From positions 3,162,001-3,226,000 of the forward strand of contig CM060733.1 in the NCBI GenBank assembly GCA_030704615.1: a DNA stretch of 64,000 bases, read 5' to 3'. Below the pieces are notes generated by a model. The model was given only the letters and a program-made list of their open reading frames with translations, made no database searches and was not told the origin of the DNA. Shown piece by piece: positions 51,721-61,975 of this stretch. Origin of the DNA: Takakia lepidozioides (Eukaryota > Plantae > Bryophyta). A program made the translations under genes and the position numbers. Numbering within the stretch: position 1 is the stretch's first letter; each line of letters begins with the position of its first letter.

Positions 51721-52445
51721 TGACATGTGGACGGCCTATGCTAACTCGTGGAGGCACTGGTGGACTGCCTGAGGACTGGCATGTGGTCTTGAAGGCCGAA
51801 TTTTGACGCTCGTGGAGGGCGGTTTGAGGAGTATCTTCATGATATTCCCATGGTCATGCAAGTGACGGAAGAGAGGAGATGAAGTGGGATGAGGGCATGC
51901 TGGGGTTAGGCATTGCTTTAGCTTCTCTTCCTCGTAGTTTTCCACCCTCTCATTAGGCCAAGACCTTTCTGTAGGTGGAGGCAAGAGTCAGTCCGGGTTT
52001 GGGCTGGGGTGTCATTGCAGGAGCAACACCGTGGAGTTGTTTTTGGTGTGGGGGAGTTGTCGTTCTGATTTCTTGTGTTTGGATCCCCTCCATACCTACA
52101 TGCTTGACTGTGCGCATATTAGTTTTGTGTGGGCGCTTGTTTTTATAGGTGATTGGTCCGGATTTTATCACCGGCCAGTCCTAGAGCATGCTGTCGATGG
52201 TGAGGCTGGGGAGATGACAAGTTAGACCATCATTGTTTCTCCTGTGGTGAGGTTGGAGGTGATGACCAGCCAACCATATGAGTACTTGCGGTGGATGCAG
52301 GTGCAGGTGCAGGTGTAGGCTATGTTAGGAACCTAGCTAGTATTCCAAACCATAAGCCGCAACAGGTTCTCTACCCGGTTACTTTGTGGAGAGGGGGTTA
52401 GAGACATGTTCATGACCGGTTGAGTGACAGTTTGTCAACACGGAG

Positions 52446-53883
52446 GTGCCACTAGTTGTTGGGGACAGTGCTGGATTGAGCACTAGTGATACTAGTGGGT
52501 ACACGAGACGAGGTGTGCGGTTTAGGCCACCTTCACCTCCCGTGTCTTCTACGGAAGGTTCTGATTCGGATTGTGAATCAGGCGGACTCACACTGGCAAT
52601 GCAAGTTGTTTCCTTGCCATTGTTGTGGGACACAATGGAGGAGATGTATGGAGCTACCAAGGGGCTACAAAGGTACTCTGGGGCGGTGGGCACCATCGAG
52701 TTGGATGATTTTATCCAAGAGTTTGATAGTTGGTGTGATTTGCAGCAAATGCGCAATCCACAACTATTTACGCATTTCATGGCATGGAAGGGGCTGTTTC
52801 AGCACCTTGAGGGGCCGCCTATGAATGATTACCATGAGTTCAGGTGGGGGCATGAGGTTGAGATCGAGGAGTGGAGGATGTACTGGTCACCCGACTATGT
52901 CTCCATCACTAGGGGCACTAGAGCCACGAGGGCAGTGGCTACACCTGCCGCTGCACCGGCAGCTTCAACAAGCAGCAGTGGGACTAGTGGGACTGGTGGT
53001 ACCGTAGCTATGACGTCCACCCAAGCCACTACCGCACCAACACCAGCACATGTGTCTGCCTTCAACCCTGTTGTGGTGTTCTTCGAAGAGTTGAGAGGGA
53101 ACTACCAAGGGGTGAGGACAGAGAAGTTGCGGAGCTTGCAAGAGTTCCAACGGAAGCCTACTGAGAGCTTGAGGGAGGCTTTCACTCGCATGAGGCACTT
53201 GATAAATGTAACCCAAGGGGTTACGGAAGGTTAGGCAGTCCAATTCTGGTATGGGATATTGGACAAGGAGCTGAGGAGAAGGGTGCGGGATGCAATTCTC
53301 CTACAAGCGGCCCAACCCACCTTAGCAAATGTGTTTTTACTGGTAAAGCGGATAGAGCTCAAAATGGTGGAGGAACGAGTGGTCGTGGTGGGATTTGCTA
53401 AGGAGACACCACGGGGTAGTGGTTCTCCTAGCCAATCACTACCTCAATGTGCTCAAGGCAACAAGGGGGCTCAAGTGAAGCTCAAGGAAGGACAGAGAGG
53501 ACCTCAGATGCAGGGGTCTCTCCCTTCATTTGCAGGCCAACAACGGGCGGAGGTGGTGTGTTGGACATGTGGAGGACCCCATGTCAAGAAGGATTGCCCA
53601 GAGGGAGGCAAAGGGCCGACACATGCACAGCCAACACAGTTGCAGTGTGGGCATTGTGGCAAGCACGGGCATGGAGAGGCCCAGTGTTATGATTTGCATC
53701 CTGAATTGCGCCCAGGTCAGTTCCAAGGGAACAATGGTGCCCGGGGGCGAGGTGGAGCAGCCCAGAGAGGACGAGGTGGCCAGGCACGAGGTGCAGGCCA
53801 AGGGCAAGCTCAACATGGTCAAGGACGTGGAGGTCAGGGTGTTGACCAAGGCATGGCCAACCAGCTTCAGCAGCTAGAGCAGA
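52446..53883 (+). pseudogene. Gag of DNMT retrotransposon copy 2
   Basis: YSGAVGTIELDDFIQEFDSW; LQEFQRKPTESLREAFTRM (major-homology-like); TAG at 53232; knuckles CWTCGGPHVKKDC and CGHCGKHGHGEAQC; RGG-rich tail cut by the CACTA insertion. Confidence 0.85.
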
Positions 53884-56800
53884 CACTAGAAGAGAAACCG
53901 GCTTTTTCCACGGCTCTGCCATCTCACACCTGACACATTCCACGGCTTTTATCACGGGTCTGTAGAGTGAGCCAAGGTGTGGGTCAAAATATGCCCTAAC
54001 TGTGGGGTGTCTCACATGTGATCCACACCCAAGGCAGGAATGGTGTGAAAACAGCCATGAGCGTGGCAGGAGTTGGCTTAGTTTACATGGCATGTTACAC
54101 ACATGTGTGAAATGGGACCATAGAATTTCCACATTGTGGTGTATGGGGAGTTTGAGAATGATGCCCTTGGAAAATGATTATGAACTTCATGTTCATGTTT
54201 AGAAATATGCATGATGGGCTATTAGCAAGTGAAGAATCACCCCCTGCTACACCCCATTTTCAATCTCTACATTATGAAGTCTATAATGCCCTTGGTGAAA
54301 TGAGCATGGGGATCGCATTCAAAAGTGGCCCCATTCCGTTGCAACCTATGACACAAGTAGGACAAATAGGCATAGGCATGATTTACACTTTTTGCCACAA
54401 ATCACTTGCATCATCCTTACGTTGAACTCCTTGTTTATGTAACATGCTTGGACTTTGTCATCTCACACATCAAAGAAAAAACCAGAATATTTTGAAAAAA
54501 TCCTAACCTAAATTTACTAACAAGTGTTCAAACCAGCCCAATGGTAATATATTTTATTACCACTATCAACTGTTTGTCTATGTGGTGTTTTGGTTTTCTA
54601 GACAAGTCTGGTAGCAGGATTTTAGCCTCTGACCTAGAATAAATCAAAGTGCAAAAGGTTAAAAAGTCAAAAAGTTGTTAATAAGGTTGCCCATTAGGGT
54701 AATCGTGAACACAGAGGAGGGCTGGGACTTGGCGGTTTTTTTTTGTCTCCTACGCCACACCATGTAGCCGAGGGATGGAACGCGATGATCGCAGGATATG
54801 CAGGGGCGTGGGATGGAGGCGTTGAGCAAATGATGCAGGAAGGAGGAGAGGAGGAGGAGATGAGACGAGGAGAAGCTCGCAACATTCTTGCGAGCTCGCT
54901 ATTCTTGGGAGAGTTAGCTTGACCTTAGCAGGTTGTGTTTTAATCTCTGCCTACTCAGCTGCACCGTGGTGGTTCGATCTCACAGACCAATCCGACATTA
55001 CCTGACTACAGACACAAGCAGCACACACAAGAGGTCCTTTTGGTTTGATGGTCGGTCAAGTCATGACACAAGCTCAAGGACAATGTGGTGAGGGCACCTT
55101 CTTCTTTGACCTATTTCAGCCTGTTTTGCCCTCTCACATCATGTTTGTGTGCATTACAGTGCTTGTGCAAGCCTGGCAGCCCTTGAGAAGGGCAAAGAGG
55201 TGCATGGGATATCATCAAAGCTGGAATTGTACCTAATGTCATTCTAAACACTGCCCTGGCAGCTCTGGAAAAGGGGAAGGAGGTCCGTGGTGACATCTTC
55301 AGAGCTGGAATTGTACCAAATGTCATTCTGAACAATACCCTAGTGGACATGTATACAAAATGTGGGTGCATCGAGGATGCAAAGGGGGTGTTCAACACTA
55401 TGGCTGAACGAGATGTGGTGTCGTGGAGTGCGATGCTTGAAGGGTATGCACAGCAGGGACGTGGGATGGAGGCTTTGGAGACCTATGAGCAAATGATGGG
55501 GGAAGGGGTTCAGCCCGGCCACATCATGTTTGTATGCATTGCAGGCCTGGCAGCCCTGGAGAAGGGCAAAGAGGTTCATTCGAAACACTGCCCAGCTGGC
55601 AGCTCTGGAAAAGGGGAAGGAGGTCCATGTTGACACCTTCAGAGCTGCAATTGTACCAAATGTCATTTTGAACAATACCCTAGTGGGTATGTATGCAAAA
55701 TGTGGGTGCATCGAGGATGCAAAGGGAGTGTTCAACACTATGGCTGAACGAGATGTGGTGTCGTGGAGTGCGATGCTTGCAGGGTATGCACAACAGGGAC
55801 GTGGGATGGAGGCTTTGGAGACCTATGAGCAAATGATGGGGGAAGGGGTTCAGCCCGACCACATCATGTTTGTGTGCATTGCAGGCCTGGCAGCCCTGAT
55901 TTAAATCAGGCACCTCAACCATGACCACAGCTTCTAAAAGAGGATCAAGAGAGGGAGTCCATAATGCCTCTTCTGGCTCTTCTGGGCATGTAAAGATGCT
56001 TTGTGAGGTAGGCAGACTGAAAGAGGCTCTACAACCTTTAAACCAAGGAGCATTTCAGCAGATTCAGATATGTATGTCTGTCTCTTGCTTAAGTGCATCA
56101 AATTGAAGGGTCTGGAAGCTGGAAAGCAAGTGCACACTCACATTATCCAAAGTGGATTCACGCCAAGTGTTTTTCTCCTCAACACCCTTGTGAACATGTA
56201 TGTTAAGTGCAGGAGCATCATGAATGCACACCGAGTGTTCAACGGAATGCCTCCACGAACTTTGATCACGTTGAATATAATGTTGGCAGGATTTAACATG
56301 GGTGTGGTAGGAATGCTTTGGAGACCTATGAGCAATTGCATGTATGCCAAATGTGGGTGCATCGAGGATGCAAAGGAAGTGTTCGACAGTATGGCTGAAC
56401 GAGATGTGGTGTCGTGGAGTGCGATGATTGCAGGATATGCACAGCTAGGGCGCGGATGGAGGCTTTGGAGACCTATGAGCAATGATGCGGGAAGGGGTGA
56501 TTCCCTGTGGAAAAATAGCTCCAAGAAACCTGCATGGGTAGATGGTCAACTGGAAGCCGCAGCAGCAGCGGCACAATTGATAAAATCAGGCGATGCTAAT
56601 CAAGGCACCTTCTTCAACACATTTCACTCTGTTTTCCCCTCTTATCAGAATCGCCCTAAATTTTCATGTTTTAAGAATTATGCAAGTTAGCTGGTTGAGT
56701 GAACCTTTGCTAGTTTGGAGTGACTTTGACATGATACTGCCAAAGTGACAATATGAAAGTATCCAGAAATAGGTAACAGAGAGGAGAAGCTGTGGAATGA

Positions 56801-57927
56801 ATACTTTTCTGACCCCAGTCAATGGTGGGACAACCGTCTTGGAAGGTAAATGCCTTTGGATTACAGAGTGATAGATGCAATTGAGAATAGGAACTGGTGT
56901 GATAAGTTGACTTGGGTGTTTGCTGGAACAAATCTAGGTTGCCATTGTCAGCTGCTAACAACAATGCAAGGATGTATGCATGATCTGTGCAGAGGCATGG
57001 ATAGCTGAAGGAGCAGGGATAGAGTGTCATCCAAGAGGGCCAGATTTCAAGCTCCAGATTACTTATGATTCCCTGTGGAAGGATAGCTACAAGAAACCTG
57101 CATGGGTAGATGGTACATAGTTTGGAGTGATTTTGACATGATATTGTCAAAGTGACAATAGGAAAGTATCCAGAAACATGTAATAAAGATGAGGAGAAGC
57201 TGTGGAATGAATGCTTTTCTGACCCCAGTCAAGGGTGGGACAACCAAGGGAAAAAGGTGAATGTCTATTAGATTACAGAGAGTAGGAGACGCAACTCAGC
57301 ATAGACACTAAGGCAAACTCTCCTTCCCTGCAAAGGGTGTGTTTTGGTATCTAAGCGAATAAATATAATTTCTAAAAACATAATTTCAATATTTTGTTAT
57401 TTAATAATGTTCTCATCAAGGCCACTGTCCATTTTTCCTATAATAATAATAATAATCATCATAATAATAACAATAAATTAAATCCATTAATATTCAAATT
57501 TAATATTGAAATCAATTAATAATTAATTAATGCGTACCACCAAACATGAACGAACACGTGTTGCATAGTGACTTGTCGAAGGTGTGAAATATGACACGTG
57601 TCGCATAGTGGCTTGTTCAAGGTGTGAAATCCGCTGTGAAACATGCCACACTGGCCTTTTTCACACTCTGCCATGTCAGCTATGTCATTAGCCATGTCAG
57701 CGGCCATGTCATCATGCACCCCGTGAAAAAAGCCACCCATGGAAAAAGCCTCCCATGGAAAAAGCCACCCGTGGACTTTTCCACAGGGCCACCCGAGAGC
57801 CAGGCTGTCCACGGGGTGTCCGAAAGCACTAGTCATTTCTTACACCCACGGCAGGTGTGGACTGCGGCTGATTCCACAGAAAAAAGTGTGGAAAAAAGCG
57901 TGGAAAAAGCCGGTTTCTCTTCTAGTG
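53884..57927. mobile_element. Non-autonomous CACTA (En/Spm) transposon carrying PPR fragments (Pack-CACTA), 4044 bp
   Basis: Perfect 29-bp TIRs CACTAGAAGAGAAACCGGCTTTTTCCACG (53884-53912 and 57899-57927). 3-bp TSD AGA. Subterminal GTGGAAAAA/GTGAAA repeats. No transposase recognised. Confidence 0.96.
55136..56480 (+). pseudogene. Captured PLS-class PPR fragments with a ~340-bp tandem duplication
   Basis: MY(T/A)KCGCIEDAK.VF..MAERDVVSWSAM..GYAQ.GRG occurs three times; also LCEVGRLKEAL and GKQVHTHIIQSGFTPSVFLLNTLVNMYVKC. Frameshifted. Confidence 0.9.
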
Positions 57928-59011
57928 AGAGGCTCGCTGCCATGGCTACAGCTCAAGTGGTACCAGCTCCAAGGCCGGATGGTCCACCTCCTGCTCCTAA
58001 GGGAGGAGATATGGGAGGCATGAGATTCATGTGCGGAGCAGCACTACCACTATTGCAGGTGGAGGCTGCTGCAGCCGTGACTCGAGGAGCAGCACGAGTT
58101 CCTGAGCCACGAGGTGCAGAGGTGGAGTTGGATCCACAGCGTGGGGAAGCAAGCCGTCAGGCCAGGCTTCCTCAGTCATTCACATTGGCGGAGACAGTGT
58201 CGACGCCATCCATGGCACCTAGTTCTCGCCCGACTGTTACCGAGGCAGAGGTTACTATGCTATTGGGGAGAGCTATACGGGCAACACCACTACCTAGTGT
58301 TGCCAAGGCTACGGCAGCTAGTGTGCTGCTGGGAGCGGCCACATCTGTATGCCAGGCTCCATTGTTCTCGGCTACCATGATTGCGACGCCAGGGGTAAGA
58401 CCAGCTGAGGTGTTCAGGTTGGCAGCTACACTCTGTGAGAGTGGGGATGTTACTTCATCTTCTGTGAAGATAGTGGGAGGTGTAGTGCCGGAGGGATCCT
58501 TGGATTTGATGGTCAAGACTGCCACGGCGGCGCCATGGCAAGCTGCAGCTGCCAAGTTGATGGAGCTGTAGCTAGGCCAGCCATTGAACGCGCCATGGTG
58601 ACACCTGGAGTTGTCATGTTACACAACCACGATGACATTTTCTGTTTGAGTGGACCGGCAGGCAAGAGGTACCGGCCACTGCGGGTCTTGTTGGACTCGG
58701 GAGCTCAGCCATTGATGCTGGGCAGAGCTGCTATTGTAGGCTTGGGCCTCACGGAGGCGGATATGGAGCCTTGTCCTTTCCAGATACAGACGTCTCTGGG
58801 AGGATCGGAGCAGACTCGGGGCATGACACGGCGTGAGTTGGCTATCAGACTACGGCCGGATCACCCTACAGATGGCTCAGTGATGCGAGCCAAGGCCATT
58901 GTGACAGACGCGGTTTCGTACGATGTCCTGGTTGGTGGGGCAGTGTTGTACCCCATGGGCTTCACCCTGGATTTTTGGAAGGAGTTAGCTTCCTATAGGC
59001 CTGGATGGTAG
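57928..59011 (+). pseudogene. Gag-pol linker and aspartic protease (copy 2)
   Basis: RLAAMATAQ... continues the gag frame; RVLLDSGAQ; YDVLVGG. Confidence 0.88.
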
Positions 59012-59399
59012 TCAGGGGAGGGCCGGCGTGTGCAGCTCCCTGTGACATTCATAGGAGGAGTTGCGGTTGCCCAGCGAGGCAAGATGACTAACTAATAGCA
59101 TTCACAGCTATAGTGACTTGGCCTGGAGAGTTGCTAGAGGGCAACGCTCATTCAGAGGATGACACACCTCCAGCAGAAAAGGATGACATGTATGGTATGA
59201 CGGAGTTGCCTGTCATGGTTGCTCAGACTCCATTGTGGGGCACGGGCAAGGATTTGCAGCGGGTTACTGATTGACGGGTGCAACAAGCCTGGGTATAGGC
59301 TTTTATACCATTAGGAGAGGACGAGAGTGCGGGGATTGCACCAGGACCACCTCAGTTGTCTCCATTGGACACCACACCTATTGTGTGGCAGTATCCGGA

Positions 59400-60380
59400 T
59401 GCAGGCATTTGTCTTCTGGACTTGTTTGGCGGGATCGGCACCGGATTGGCTGCTGTGTTACAGGTAGGTGTACGAGTTCGGCGTTACCTGTATGTGGAGA
59501 GGGATGAGACTGCACGACGCGTTTCACTTCGCCATGTTGCTCAGTTGGTGCAGCAGTACCCTGAGTTGTTGCTGGTGTCTGCAGTTCATGGATATCAGCA
59601 AGCCTTGCCAGCAGACATTTCGTTGCTGGGGGCGCAAGATTTGGAGCGGGTTGGCTCCATTGATCTGGTAGTGGCAGGTTGGCCCTGCCAAGGGCATTCA
59701 TAGCTGGGCATGACAATGGATTGCGAGACTCGAGGTCGGGTCTGTATTGGGAGATGGTGCAGGTTTTGCGCCACTTGCAGCTTCATCAAGCTGTATCTCC
59801 AGCATACATCTTGGAGAATGTGCCACTGATGGGCGATTCTCGGGCCAGGGTGATGGCTAGTGTGCATCAAGTCCGGTTGTGGCTTGGGTCAGTAGTATTG
59901 CTAGATGCAGCTACAGTGGGGTTACAGGCTCATCGTCCACGGCTATGGTGGACTAACTTGATGCCACCCGCACTGCTCAAGCGTGCATTTGATGGGGTGC
60001 AGCGCCCAACACACCTCACAGTGGATAACATTCTGGACACAGGGAGACAATCTCAGCGTGTGAGACACAATGACCGTTTGCCTTTGGCAATGGTCAACAA
60101 GGTGGGTCAACCACGAGCAGCATTACCTACACTGCTCAGCTTCCCAGGATCGCATGCTTTCCAGGATAGTGGACCTAGCCTCCTGTGGAATGCTCAGTTG
60201 CAGCAGTTAGTGGAGCCTAATGCCGACGAGCGAGAGCGGGCTATGGGTTTTTCCACTGGGACCACGGCGGTGCCTTTTCTTTCTGAGGCATCACGTCGTC
60301 AGGTGTTGGGGCAAGCAATGGATCTCAATTGCTTGACCTGGATTATCAACTTGGCTATGGCTGAGCAACGTAGAGTACGG
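59400..60380 (+). pseudogene. DNMT3-like C5 cytosine DNA methyltransferase domain inside pol (copy 2); one frameshift near 59700
   Basis: LDLFGGIG 59416-59439; GWPCQ 59677-59691; ENV 59814-59822; HRPRLWWTN 59931-59957; ERERAMGF...SEASRRQVLGQAM. Confidence 0.93.
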
Positions 60381-60789
60381 AGGGCACTTCCCTTGATGGT
60401 CTCTCTGCCTACCGAGACGGTACAAACAGTGAGTGGGGGCGAGCATGAGAGGACCACGGGGTGCAGGCATCCATGGCACACGTGGGAGGTGCTCGAGGTT
60501 CAGAGGGAGTTGACAGCCAGGGCGGCGGTGATGGATGACGTTGGGATTTTTCTCGGGTTGAGAAAGTCCTCGAGGATGAGATGATGGGGCAGGATGAGGC
60601 CTTGTCATTGACTGAGCATGAAGGGAGTACTGCTCAAGAGGTTGCAACATAGCAATCACTGGACGCGTCCTCTACCTCTACGCCCACTGGACTTAAGGTT
60701 GCAGTTACGAAGGATAATTGGGAGCCTGACATTGGACCCATTGTCACCAGAGGAGAGAGACGACGTATACGGCAGTTCCTGAGGGCTTA

Positions 60790-61975
60790 CATGAATTGCT
60801 TTGCCTTCAGTTTGAAGGACTTGGGAGCACTGAAGGGTCAAGAGATCCGTATTGAGTTGGCCACTGAAGACCCTATAGATATAGTGGCATGGAGAGGTCT
60901 TTGATTCAGATAAGGACTCAAGATCTTTGGGAGGCAGGTTTGGTGGAGCTCTCTGGTGGAGAGTATGCTTCAGCCACAGTGATGCCAGCCAAGAATGATG
61001 TCTATGGCAATTGGACGGAGAGACGTATGTGCGGTGATTACCGGCCTGTAAATCGTCAGACCAAGTCCGATAAGTATGCCATGCCAACACCAGAGGAGAT
61101 CTTTGATGCCATCGGGCATGCTAAGGTCTTTAGCACTTTGGATTTACGATCCGGATATCACCAGTTGCCGATCAAGGAGACGGACAAGCAGAAGACATCA
61201 TTCTGGGGGATCAATGAGCACGGCAAGGATTGCCTATATCAGTGGCGGTTCTTACCATTTGGGCTTAAGAACGTTCCTGCAGAGTTTCAGAGAGTCATAG
61301 ATAGGATTCTAGCAGGGGTGGACTTTGCTCGGTGCTATATAGATGACATCATCATCTTTAGTGCTACGGTGGAGGAGCATGAGAGACACCTTCAGGTGGT
61401 GTTTGAGCGCTTGATTGCGCACGGATTGAAGTTGCATCGGGGGAAGTGCAAGTTTTTCCACAACCAAATTGAGTATTTGGGTCACATGATATATCCTGGA
61501 GGATTGGGGGTACGGCAGACTAAGGTAGAGGCCATTGCACAAATTCCACGCCCCACGGATGTGAGCCGAGTTCGAGTTTTCATGGGGCTGGCAAACTATT
61601 ATAGATGGTTTGTCAAGGGATTAAATGCCATTGCAAAGGCTCTAACCAAGCTGACCAAGGTGGACCAGGAGTGGCAAGTGGGAAGATGAGCAGGAATGAG
61701 CTTTTCAAAAGCTCAAGGCGAGGTTGACTTTGGCGCCTATCCTGAGACGACCTATCAGGGGGCGTCCCTTTCAATTGCATACGGATTGGAGCATGCTGGG
61801 GCTTGGAGCGGTGCTCACACAGGTGGATGATAAAGGAAGAGAGTTCGTAGTGGCTTATGCTAGCCGCTCGAACAACGCTGCAGAGACTAAGTATAGCTCA
61901 CATAAGGGAGAGTATATAACTGCAGTGTGGGCCGTGGCACACTTCAGGTGCTATCTATACGGCAATCTCTTCACC
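60790..61975 (+). pseudogene. Reverse transcriptase and N-terminal RNase H (copy 2), cut by chromovirus insertion
   Basis: RMCGDYRPVN, FSTLDLRSGYHQ, LPFGLKN, YIDD; FQLHTDWSMLGLGAVL...VVAYASRS. Confidence 0.94.

Larger units (their letters stand above)
42550..61975 (+). mobile_element. Ty3/Gypsy DNMT retrotransposon copy 2, interrupted by nested insertions; 5' boundary tentative
   Basis: Putative start TGTCAAG at 42550, homologous to the spacers beyond the PPT of copy 1. Long leader, gag 52446-53883, linker/protease/DNMT/RT/RNase H 57928-61975. Integrase and PHD are expected beyond the window. Confidence 0.7.

Noticed and set aside
51179-51757. 192-aa Pro/Thr/His-rich ORF on the minus strand
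   Set aside because: It is a translation of the GGGCTGTGAC minisatellite, which lacks stop codons by composition.
54100-54450. CACTA transposase remnant inside the Pack-CACTA
   Set aside because: No Tnp2/TnpA motif was recognisable in the frames I translated.
59356-60584. A host DRM or DNMT3 gene
   Set aside because: It has no introns, no start or promoter of its own and no UBA or other regulatory domains. It has non-permuted motif order and lies colinearly between protease and RT in two independent copies.
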